A stretch of DNA of 64,000 bases from Desulfobaccales bacterium (lineage in GTDB: Bacteria > Desulfobacterota > Desulfobaccia > Desulfobaccales > 0-14-0-80-60-11), in contig JBEKDQ010000001.1 in assembly GCA_050014275.1 (NCBI GenBank), positions 648 to 64,647 on the forward strand, read 5' to 3'. Position numbers and translations under genes: made by a program. Positions 10,041 through 18,020 of the stretch are shown piece by piece. Within the stretch, counting starts at the first letter, position 1. Each line of letters starts with the position of its first letter. The notes under the pieces were generated by a model. The model ran no database searches, was not told the DNA's origin, and worked only from the letters and a program-made list of their open reading frames with translations.

Positions 10041-10617
10041 TATATGTGCTTTGCCCGCCGATCTAGTCATTTGAGATTCGCCATGGAAGCATTAAGGTTC
10101 ACCCAGAGCCAGATCGGAGAAATGCCTCAGAAACGAAATCCCCAAATGAAAGGGGGCGGTCCAAGAACGTCATCCTGGGCACCTTGGCAGAAGATTCCCA
10201 TAGAAAGTAAGGGCTTGTTTTAGGACTAAAGCAAACCAGGCACCAAGGGGGCGAGCCTGGTCTCGCTTCCATTTGTGCATATGAGCCGTACCACTTTCTC
10301 CTTTCGGCCCTCCGGGAGGAGGGCAAAACAAATTATTTCCCCCCTAAACTCCTCCTAGGAAGAGGGCCCCCCCATCCCTCTCCAAGGAGAACCTAGGCGT
10401 CAGTAGGGGGGATAGGTATTCTTCCCAACATCGGGGTGGCCGATACGGGGCGCACCTTACCCTGCAAGCCTGGAGGAAAAGGCCCGGCTGGTTGTCCCGG
10501 AGCAGAGATTAGCGCAATACGGCGCCACAGATATGCGGGAACTCCTGCAGAAAGTTACTAAAGATTAACCTTCGCAACTCTAAGCGATAATTCCGTGAAT
10601 CAGAAAGGAGTGAGGGG

Positions 10618-11427
10618 ATGAAGCTGGAAGGCAAAGTAGCCATCATAACCGGCGGGGCACGCGGCAACGGCTTTGCTGCGGCTAAGCTGATGGCCCAGGA
10701 AGGCGCGGATATCGTCATTGCCGACATCTGCGAAGATATCGCCACGGTTCCCTATCCTCTGTCCACCCCAGAGGGCATGGCGAACTCGGTCAACGAGATC
10801 AAAAAGCTGGGGCGGAAGGCCATGGGCATCAAGTGCGACGTGCGCAAGGCAGCCGATGTCCAGGCCATGGTGCAGCAGGTGCTGGACAGCTTCGGCAAGA
10901 TCGACATCCTGGTGAACAACGCCGGCACGGCCACCCTGGAGGCGGTGGTGGACATGAGCGAGGAATCCTGGGACGACATGATCGACGTCCACCTGAAAGG
11001 CACCTTCCTGTGCAGCAAATACGTGGTGCCTCAGATGATCGACGCCCACAGCGGTAAGGTGGTCAACATCAGCTCGGTGGGCGGCACCCGGGGTTTCGGG
11101 ATGGGCAGCCATTACTGCGCCGCCAAGCACGGCATCATCGGCTTTACCAAATCCCTGGCCATGGAGACCGCCGACCACAACATCAACGTCAACGCGGTGT
11201 GCCCAGGCACGGTCTGGACCGACATGATGCAGGGCCTGGCTAACTATTTCGGCATGGAAACCGCCGACGCCAAGGAGAACTTCTTCTCGGGCCATCTCTT
11301 CAAGGACCGGGAGATCACTCCGGACGATATTGGCCAGGCCGTGCTCTGGTTGGTCACCGAGGACACCAAGTGCATCACCGGCGGGATCATCATGGTGGAC
11401 GCCGGCTGGACTTGCCGGGCACCGTAA
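10618..11427 (+). CDS. Mycofactocin-coupled SDR-family oxidoreductase
   Basis: 269 aa. Has TGGARGNG, and the characteristic insert after the second strand (IADICEDIATVPYPLSTPEGMANSVNEIKKLGRK) seen in the mycofactocin-associated SDR subfamily. YxxxK is present as YCAAK. It lies immediately upstream of mftA. Confidence 0.8.
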   Translation: MKLEGKVAIITGGARGNGFAAAKLMAQEGADIVIADICEDIATVPYPLSTPEGMANSVNEIKKLGRKAMGIKCDVRKAADVQAMVQQVLDSFGKIDILVNNAGTATLEAVVDMSEESWDDMIDVHLKGTFLCSKYVVPQMIDAHSGKVVNISSVGGTRGFGMGSHYCAAKHGIIGFTKSLAMETADHNINVNAVCPGTVWTDMMQGLANYFGMETADAKENFFSGHLFKDREITPDDIGQAVLWLVTEDTKCITGGIIMVDAGWTCRAP

Positions 11428-11512
11428 GCGCCGGTGCAACCCTGGCGGTAAGGATTGAGGCGGGCGCCCGCGCCCCCTTGAGCACTAATCTAAATAACTG
11501 GAGGAATGACAG

Positions 11513-11638
11513 ATGGACGATGTGACCAGACGCGAAGAACAACCCCTGGAAGCCCAAGCCGAGGAGCTGGTCCCCTGCATCCTGGAAGAAGTCTGCATCG
11601 AAGAGATGGCGGTGGACGGAATCTGTGGCATCTACTAA
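11513..11638 (+). CDS. mftA: Mycofactocin precursor peptide MftA (variant C-terminus ...VDGICGIY)
   Basis: Hand-translated 41-aa ORF that falls below the ORF-track cutoff: MDDVTRREEQPLEAQAEELVPCILEEVCIEEMAVDGICGIY then stop. An acidic leader plus a C-terminal xDGxCGxY matches the canonical MftA ending IDGMCGVY. GGAGGA RBS lies upstream. Confidence 0.8.
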   Translation: MDDVTRREEQPLEAQAEELVPCILEEVCIEEMAVDGICGIY

Positions 11639-11708
11639 AAGCCGGCCTGGTTTCCGGTCCGGATGTGGCCGGGAACCAGGCGAAATTCAAGGCAACGGGG
11701 GAAGCGCC

Positions 11709-11990
11709 ATGAGCCCGGGAAAGGTCTATTGTCTCAAGGAGGGGGTCCAGGTGCGCCCGGAGGTCTTTGGGCTGCTCTTTTACGATTACCGGGGTCCCAA
11801 ACTCTACTTCGTGCCTTCCCGTGACCTCATCAACATTTCTTTTTTTGCCGGACGGCAAACCGAGCAGGAACTGATTGAAACCATTGCCACCGCTCATCCC
11901 TGGTCCCGTCGCGATATTCAGGACCGGGTGCGGCAAATTCTGGAGATGCTCGAGACGAAGGGATTGGTCCATGGGCAATCGTTATCTTGA
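11709..11990 (+). CDS. mftB: Mycofactocin biosynthesis chaperone MftB (PqqD/RRE family)
   Basis: ~93 aa from the internal ATG (MSPGKVYCLKEGVQVRPEVFGLLFYDYRGPKLYFV...). Typical MftB N-terminal pattern and position between mftA and mftC. Confidence 0.8.
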   Translation: MSPGKVYCLKEGVQVRPEVFGLLFYDYRGPKLYFVPSRDLINISFFAGRQTEQELIETIATAHPWSRRDIQDRVRQILEMLETKGLVHGQSLS

Positions 11991-13038
11991 CCTGGGGTTA
12001 TCCGCCCCGGTAAACGTCACCTGGGAAGTGACTTACAACTGCAACCTCTCGTGCATCCACTGCCTGTCGGACTCGAGCCGGCAGGGGCACCTGGGGCTGA
12101 GCACCCAGGAGTGCCTGGGGGTGATCGATATCCTGGCGGACCAGAAGGTCTTCCAGTTGAGCATCGGCGGCGGCGAGCCCTTCACCCGTCCGGATTTTTT
12201 GGATATCGTGGACCATGCCCACCAAAAGGGTATCGTCACCTGCATCAGCACCAATGGCACCCTGATCACCGAAGAGATAGCCCGGCGGCTGGATCACCGA
12301 CTGGTCTATGTCCAGGTGAGCCTGGACGGCGCCACCACCGAGTCCAATGACGCCATCCGGGGCCGGGGCAGCTTCCGCAAGGCGGTGCGAGCCCTGGAAC
12401 TCTTAGGCCAGACGAACATCGGTCTGAGCCTCAACACCGTGCTCACCCGTCTCAGTTTCCCGGAGTTGGACCGCCTCTCCGACCTGGCGGCCAGCGTCGG
12501 GGCCCGCCTCAGGGTCTCGCGCTTCCGGCCATCGGGCCGGGGCAAGCGCTCCTGGGACGACCTGAATCTTTCCAAGGAGCAGATGGTCGGCTTCTCGGAG
12601 TGGCTGAACCGGCACCTGGAAGTCTCCACCGGCGACTCCTTCTTCTCGGTGTCCTCGGAAGACCGCCGCTCCCTGGGGCTTAACATGTGTGGGGCGTGTA
12701 AGCTCACCTGCTGTATCTCCCCACTGGGAGAGATTTATCCCTGCGCCTTCTTGCAGGAGCCGGAATTTCTGGCCGGTAAGCTGCTGGAGGATAATTTCGC
12801 TCACATCTGGGAGCACTCGCTGGTCTTTGGCTCTTTTCGCGAATTAGAGATCAAATCCTGCGAGCGCTGCCAGCGCTTTAATCTGTGCCACGGCGGCTGC
12901 CCGGCCGTGGCTTATCATACGCAACGCCGCTTGGGCCTGCCGGACCCCGAGTGCCTGGTCAATTGCATCACCGTTAATTCTTTGACACCCGGGAGGGCCG
13001 ATGACCAACGCGATACCCCGAGGGCGGTTCTCCCTTAG
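11971..13038 (+). CDS. mftC: Mycofactocin radical SAM/SPASM maturase MftC
   Basis: ~355 aa from MGNRYLDLG... Has the CNLSCIHC radical SAM motif, then GGGEPF, VSLDGATTESNDAIRGRGSF, RVSRFRPSGRG, TGDSFF, GLNMCGA and SPASM cysteines (CERCQRFNLCHGGC, PDPEC). Overlaps mftB by 20 nt. Confidence 0.9.
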   Translation: MGNRYLDLGLSAPVNVTWEVTYNCNLSCIHCLSDSSRQGHLGLSTQECLGVIDILADQKVFQLSIGGGEPFTRPDFLDIVDHAHQKGIVTCISTNGTLITEEIARRLDHRLVYVQVSLDGATTESNDAIRGRGSFRKAVRALELLGQTNIGLSLNTVLTRLSFPELDRLSDLAASVGARLRVSRFRPSGRGKRSWDDLNLSKEQMVGFSEWLNRHLEVSTGDSFFSVSSEDRRSLGLNMCGACKLTCCISPLGEIYPCAFLQEPEFLAGKLLEDNFAHIWEHSLVFGSFRELEIKSCERCQRFNLCHGGCPAVAYHTQRRLGLPDPECLVNCITVNSLTPGRADDQRDTPRAVLP

Positions 13039-14530
13039 ACCGGGCCTCAGGCTGATCCCAGGGGAGGCGGGAGGGGTCCTCCTCCAGCCCGCACCGCTAC
13101 GCCTCCTTCGTGTCAACTCCGCAGCATTTGCGCTCCTTCAGAGATGTCAGGCAGGCTTCTTTTTAGAGAATAACGCCAGCCAGCCCGCGGGCCAACCGGA
13201 GAGGTCCATGTTCGCCTTTCTCGATGCCCTCTGGCAATCCGGTTTGCTGGACTGGCAGCCGGCCCTGGATACCTGCGCCCCGGCGGTCAGTATCGTCCTG
13301 CCGGTATATAACCGGGCCGGGGAGATCGGCAGATGCCTCGAGGCGCTGCTGGCCCTCAATTACCCCGGAGCGCGGCGGGAGATCATCGTGGTAGACGATG
13401 GCTCCACAGACGGCACCCCGGACGTGGTGAGAAATTGTCCGGTCAGGCTCCTCGTTCAGCCCCAAAACCTCGGGCAATCCGCAGCCCGCAATGCCGGGGT
13501 GCGGGCCGCCGGGGGCGATATCATTGCCTTTATCGATAGCGACTGCATCGCCGACCGGGACTGGCTTCGGGAGCTGTTGCCCTATTTTCAGGATTCCCGG
13601 GTAGCCCTGGTGGGCGGCTACGTAGATTCCTTCTTCCGGGAGACCAGGCTGGACCGCTTTGAGGAGGTCCAGTCTCCTCTGAACATGGGCCAGGGGTTGG
13701 CCTTCGGCACCACTGCTGAGTCGGACTTTTACGTGCCCACCTGCAATGTCCTGATCCGGAAAGAAGCCTACCTGGAGGTGGGGGGGCTGGATGAGGGGCT
13801 GCGTCTGGGCGAAGATGTGGACCTGTGTTGGCGGCTCAAGGAAAAGGGCCATCGTCTTCTTTACGTGCCCCGGGGCAAGGTGAGACACAAGCATCGCAAC
13901 CGCCTCCGGGAAATCCTGGCCCGGCGTTTCGACTATGGCACCTCCGAGGCCTTTCTCTTCAGCCGGCATGAGCAGGTGAAAAAACGCTTCCCCTGGAAAC
14001 CCACGGCCCTGGGTGTCTTCTTCTTAGGTTGTCTGGCGCTGCTGACGGGGTTCTGGCTGCTTCTCCCCCTGGCGGCGTTGTTGACGGCGACCGAGGCCTG
14101 GCGCCGCCAGCGGCAGGTGCAGATGAAGGCCGGGATGGCCCTGGGCTACCTCGCGGTCCTGAGGGCGATTCTCAGGGATTATTTCGCCACAGGGTTTTAT
14201 CTCACTTACCACTTGCTCCGCTATTATTTACTGCCTATTTTAATAATAGCCCTAATTTTTCCGGCCGCGGCGCCGCTAGCGGCGGTGCTTATCCTCTTTC
14301 CGGCGACGGTAGAGTTCGCCCGAAAGAAGCCGCGGCTGTCCCTGCCGCTGTTTCTCTGCCTCTATCTGGCGGAGCAGGCCTGCTATCAGGCCGGGGTATT
14401 CTGGGGTTGTCTCATTTGGAAAAATTTTCGTCCATATCATCTGTTGTTCTTCCGGTCTCAGAGAAATTCTGGGGCAGAGAGAGGTACACCGAATCTTAAC
14501 TTTGAGGAGACCATATGCCGAAATTCTTAA
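13001..14530 (+). CDS. mftF: Mycofactocin-system glycosyltransferase MftF (GT2 with N-terminal extension and C-terminal TM helices)
   Basis: 509 aa. N-terminal RFSLRPGLRLIPGEAGGVLLQPAPLRLLRVNSAAF segment, a GT2 core (VSIVLPVYNR, VVDDGSTDGT, FIDSDC, GEDVDLCWR), and hydrophobic helices at the C-terminus. Confidence 0.75.
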   Translation: MTNAIPRGRFSLRPGLRLIPGEAGGVLLQPAPLRLLRVNSAAFALLQRCQAGFFLENNASQPAGQPERSMFAFLDALWQSGLLDWQPALDTCAPAVSIVLPVYNRAGEIGRCLEALLALNYPGARREIIVVDDGSTDGTPDVVRNCPVRLLVQPQNLGQSAARNAGVRAAGGDIIAFIDSDCIADRDWLRELLPYFQDSRVALVGGYVDSFFRETRLDRFEEVQSPLNMGQGLAFGTTAESDFYVPTCNVLIRKEAYLEVGGLDEGLRLGEDVDLCWRLKEKGHRLLYVPRGKVRHKHRNRLREILARRFDYGTSEAFLFSRHEQVKKRFPWKPTALGVFFLGCLALLTGFWLLLPLAALLTATEAWRRQRQVQMKAGMALGYLAVLRAILRDYFATGFYLTYHLLRYYLLPILIIALIFPAAAPLAAVLILFPATVEFARKKPRLSLPLFLCLYLAEQACYQAGVFWGCLIWKNFRPYHLLFFRSQRNSGAERGTPNLNFEETICRNS

Positions 14531-14787
14531 TTGAACGAGAGATTCCCAAGGCCGGTCAGCTTTCCCCCGCGGACCTGCAGGCCATCTCCCAGAAATCCTG
14601 CCAGGTTCTTCGGGAACTCGGTCCGCAAATCCAGTGGCTGCAGAGCTACGTGACCCCAGACAAGATTTACTGCGTATATCTGGCGCCCAACGAGGACATA
14701 ATCAGGGAACATGCCAAGCGGGGCGGCTTTCCCGCCAACCGTATTTCTGAAATCAAAAAGGTGATTGATCCTACGACAGCCGAATAG
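14515..14787 (+). CDS. DUF4242-family small protein (family reported to include a Ni-binding ferredoxin-fold protein)
   Basis: 90 aa, MPKFLIEREIPKAGQLSPADL...YCVYLAPNEDIIREHAKRGGFPANRISEIK, which matches the DUF4242 pattern as I remember it. Overlaps the mftF end by 16 nt. Confidence 0.55.
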   Translation: MPKFLIEREIPKAGQLSPADLQAISQKSCQVLRELGPQIQWLQSYVTPDKIYCVYLAPNEDIIREHAKRGGFPANRISEIKKVIDPTTAE

Positions 14788-14813
14788 GACAATCCCGAAA
14801 CAAGCCGGCCCTC

Positions 14814-15647
14814 ATGACGAAAGATTTGACCAACAAATATCATCGTCTGCGTACAATTCTCCAGGACCTGGGGAGCGTGGCAGTGGCCTACTCCGGCGGG
14901 GTGGACAGCACCCTGCTCCTCAAGGTGGCCCAGGAGGTCCTGGGGGAGCGGATACTGGCCATTACCGCCGACTCCGAGACCACCCCCCAGCAGGAGCGGA
15001 AAGATGCGGCCCTCCTGGCCCGAGAACTGGGGGTGGAGCACCTGGTGGTGGCCGGCCGGGAACTGGAGCTGCAGGAGTTTCTCCGGAACCCCACCGACAA
15101 GTGTTATATCTGCAAAAAGGCTCGTTTCAGCGAGCTGGTGAAAATGGCCCGGGAGCGCGGCCTCAATGCGGTGGTGGACGGCGGCAACTTGGACGACCAG
15201 GCAGACTTCCGTCCCGGCATGCGGGCCGTTGAGGAACTGGGGATCAGGAGCCCTCTGGCGGAAGCCGGCCTTACCAAGGCGGAGATCCGCCTCCTCTCCA
15301 AGAGGCTGAAGCTCCCCACCTGGAAAAAGCCGGCCTACGCCTGCCTGGCCTCCCGTATCCCGTACCATCACGAAATCACGGTGGAGAAGCTGCGGCAGAT
15401 CGATGCCGCCGAAGAGCTAATCCGGAAAAGGGGCCTGGCGACCCAGGTGCGGGTCCGGCATTATGGCGACACGGCCCGCATCGAGGTAGAACCCGTAAGC
15501 ATCCACAGGCTGGCCGCCAAGATGGTGCGCTCGGACCTAATCAAAGAGCTTAAGACCCTGGGCTTCAAGTTCGTCACCCTGGACCTGGAGGGGTACCGTA
15601 CCGGGAGTCTGAACCCGGCTGAGGTTAAAACCAAAACAGAAAGTTAA
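14814..15647 (+). CDS. larE: ATP-dependent sacrificial sulfur transferase LarE
   Basis: 277 aa. PP-loop motif AYSGGVDST, a conserved Cys region (DKCYICKK), and overall LarE-like length and order next to larB and larC. Confidence 0.85.
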   Translation: MTKDLTNKYHRLRTILQDLGSVAVAYSGGVDSTLLLKVAQEVLGERILAITADSETTPQQERKDAALLARELGVEHLVVAGRELELQEFLRNPTDKCYICKKARFSELVKMARERGLNAVVDGGNLDDQADFRPGMRAVEELGIRSPLAEAGLTKAEIRLLSKRLKLPTWKKPAYACLASRIPYHHEITVEKLRQIDAAEELIRKRGLATQVRVRHYGDTARIEVEPVSIHRLAAKMVRSDLIKELKTLGFKFVTLDLEGYRTGSLNPAEVKTKTES

Positions 15648-15730
15648 TGGTCCCCTTAGAAAATCCGCTGGCCGCCCCATGGGGCGCCATCAACCCTACG
15701 GCCAAGGGCCTGTTTAAAGGAAGGTAAAGC

Positions 15731-16567
15731 ATGGAAAATGAATTCTTAAGAGACCTGCTGAAGCAGGTCGCCAGCGGCCAGATGAATCTGGACGCCGCCA
15801 TGCACGCATTGCGCAAGCTCCCCTTTGAGGACCTGGGCTACGCCCGGATAGACTTCCATCGTTGCCTGCGGAACGGGGTGCCGGAGGTCATTTATTGTGC
15901 CGGGAAGACCCTGTCGCAGATCCAGGGCATTGCCCAGAAGCTCGCCCATCACCATGTTAACGTCCTGGCTACCAGGGCCAGCCAGGAGGTGTTTGAGGGC
16001 GTCCGGGAAGTGGTCCCCGACTGCGAGTACCACGAAGCGGCCCGCATCATCGTGCTAAAGCCCCGGCCGTTGGAAGGATCGGGGCTCATCGCCGTGGTGA
16101 GCGCCGGCACCTCGGATATTCCCGTGGCCGAAGAGGCCGCCATCACCGCCGAAGTCCTGGGCAATAAAGTTACGCGCCTCTATGACGTGGGGGTGGCGGG
16201 AATCCACCGGCTGCTGAACCACTGTGACGACCTATTCCGGGCCAACGTGGCGGTGGTGGTAGCCGGCATGGAAGGCGCTCTGGCCAGCGTGGTGGGTGGC
16301 CTGGTCTCCTGCCCGGTAATCGGGTTGCCCACCAGCGTGGGTTACGGCGCCAGCTTCGGGGGCATCGCCGCCCTGCTCAGCATGCTGAACAGCTGCGCCT
16401 CGGGGGTCTCCGTGGTCAACATCGATAATGGCTTTGGGGCCGGCTTCCAAGCCAACCTCATCAACAAGATCGCGGCCAAGGCCGCCTCGGACACGGACAT
16501 TGCGAGGCCTGAGATGCAGGAAAAGCCCGCCGACCTACACCTGAAAAGGGCCTCCTGCTGTTCTTGA
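15731..16567 (+). CDS. larB: Nickel-pincer cofactor biosynthesis protein LarB (NaAD carboxylase/hydrolase, PurE-like)
   Basis: 278 aa. N-terminal LarB-specific segment (…LDAAMHALRKLPFEDLGYARIDFHRCLRNGVPEVIYCAGKT) followed by a PurE-like fold (VVSAGTSDIPVAEEA). Confidence 0.85.
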   Translation: MENEFLRDLLKQVASGQMNLDAAMHALRKLPFEDLGYARIDFHRCLRNGVPEVIYCAGKTLSQIQGIAQKLAHHHVNVLATRASQEVFEGVREVVPDCEYHEAARIIVLKPRPLEGSGLIAVVSAGTSDIPVAEEAAITAEVLGNKVTRLYDVGVAGIHRLLNHCDDLFRANVAVVVAGMEGALASVVGGLVSCPVIGLPTSVGYGASFGGIAALLSMLNSCASGVSVVNIDNGFGAGFQANLINKIAAKAASDTDIARPEMQEKPADLHLKRASCCS

Positions 16568-16602
16568 CGTTTTGGATATGGATTGGATATGGAGATGACT
16601 CA

Positions 16603-17925
16603 ATGAAAATCGCTTATTTCGATTGCTTCTCCGGGGCCAGCGGCGACATGATTCTGGGCGCCCTGGTGGACGCCGGCCTAAGTCTGGAGCATCTCACCGG
16701 GGAATTGGCCAAGTTGAACCTCTCCCATTATCATATTGCCGCCAAGAAGGTGGTAAAACAAGGGCTGGGCGGAACCCAGATGCTCATCGATCTAGAAAGG
16801 GACCGGCACTTCGAGGTCGGGCACCACCATGAGGAAGGGTTTCACAACCATCATCACAATCATCATCATGGGCGCCATCAAGATCATCATCACGACCACC
16901 ACTCGCACCGCGGCCACGAATGCCAGCGCCCGCCTCGCCATGAGCACCGGAATTTCCATGACATCAAAAATCTCATTGAGGCCAGCCCCCTCGACGAGGC
17001 GGTGAAGCACCAGAGTCTCCAGATCTTTACCCGTCTGGCCGAAGCTGAGGCGCAGGTGCACCGCACCAGTATCGAACAGATCCACTTCCACGAAGTGGGG
17101 GCGTTGGATTCCATCATCGACGTGGTGGGGGCGGCCATCGGCTTCCAGGCCCTGGGGATTGAGAAGATTTACTGTTCCCCCCTGGAGGTGGGCAGCGGCA
17201 CGGTGGTGTGCGCCCACGGCACCTTGCCGGTGCCGGCCCCGGCCACTCTGGAACTCATCAAAGGCAAGCCCGTCTATTCCAGCGGGGTGCAGGGAGAGCT
17301 GCTGACGCCCACCGGGGCCGCCATTCTCACCACCCTGGCCGCGGCCTTCGGCGCCATGCCGGCCATGACCGTGGAGGCCAGCGGTTACGGCGCCGGCACC
17401 CTGGATACGCCCGGTCCCAATCTCCTGCGGGTCTCCATCGGCGAAGCCGCCGAGACGGCGCAGGGCTTCCAGGTGGAGCGGGCGGCGGTCATTGAAACCA
17501 ATATTGACGACATGAATCCCCAGCTCTATGATTATCTTATCCAGAAGATGCTGGATATGGGCGCCCTGGATGTCTTCCTGGCGCCCATCCAGATGAAGAA
17601 GAATCGCCCCGGCACCCTGGTCTCGGTCATCTGCCAGGTGGAGGCGGTGGAAAAATTTGCCGAGTTTTTGCTCCAGGAGACCACTACCATCGGACTCAGG
17701 TGGCGGGTGGACCACCGCCTCAAGGCCGACAGGTCGATGCGGACGGTGGAGACCAGGTATGGGCCGGTGCGCTTTAAGGTGGCGCACCTGGGCGATCAGA
17801 CCGTCAATATTTCCCCGGAGTACGAGGACTGCAAACGCCTCGCTCTGGAAAAGAGCCTGGCCCTTAGAGACGTCATGGAAGAAGCCGGTTCGATGGCTGT
17901 GAAACTGAAACATGGCAATGGCTGA
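16603..17925 (+). CDS. larC: Nickel insertion protein LarC (DUF111) with internal His-rich tract
   Basis: Begins MKIAYFDCFSGASGDMILGALVDAGL, the LarC signature. The His-rich region HHHEEGFHNHHHNHHHGRHQDHHHDHHSHRGHE is encoded at ~16,820-16,920. Length ~440 aa. Confidence 0.85.
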   Translation: MKIAYFDCFSGASGDMILGALVDAGLSLEHLTGELAKLNLSHYHIAAKKVVKQGLGGTQMLIDLERDRHFEVGHHHEEGFHNHHHNHHHGRHQDHHHDHHSHRGHECQRPPRHEHRNFHDIKNLIEASPLDEAVKHQSLQIFTRLAEAEAQVHRTSIEQIHFHEVGALDSIIDVVGAAIGFQALGIEKIYCSPLEVGSGTVVCAHGTLPVPAPATLELIKGKPVYSSGVQGELLTPTGAAILTTLAAAFGAMPAMTVEASGYGAGTLDTPGPNLLRVSIGEAAETAQGFQVERAAVIETNIDDMNPQLYDYLIQKMLDMGALDVFLAPIQMKKNRPGTLVSVICQVEAVEKFAEFLLQETTTIGLRWRVDHRLKADRSMRTVETRYGPVRFKVAHLGDQTVNISPEYEDCKRLALEKSLALRDVMEEAGSMAVKLKHGNG

Positions 17926-18020
17926 GGGGAAGGATTTCCACCTTAGAACGTAATAAAGCTCAACTAATTTTCGAGCGGTGGGCGCTTCCACCGAAAATTC
18001 CACCAGTGAAGGAGCAGGCT

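Noticed and set aside
10083-10211. 42-codon ORF MEALRFTQSQIGEMPQKRNP… resembling the start of IS3-family OrfA transposases (M..RFT.EQI).
   Set aside because: Only ~8 residues resemble the family. There is no continuation, no inverted repeats, and no second frame with a DDE domain.
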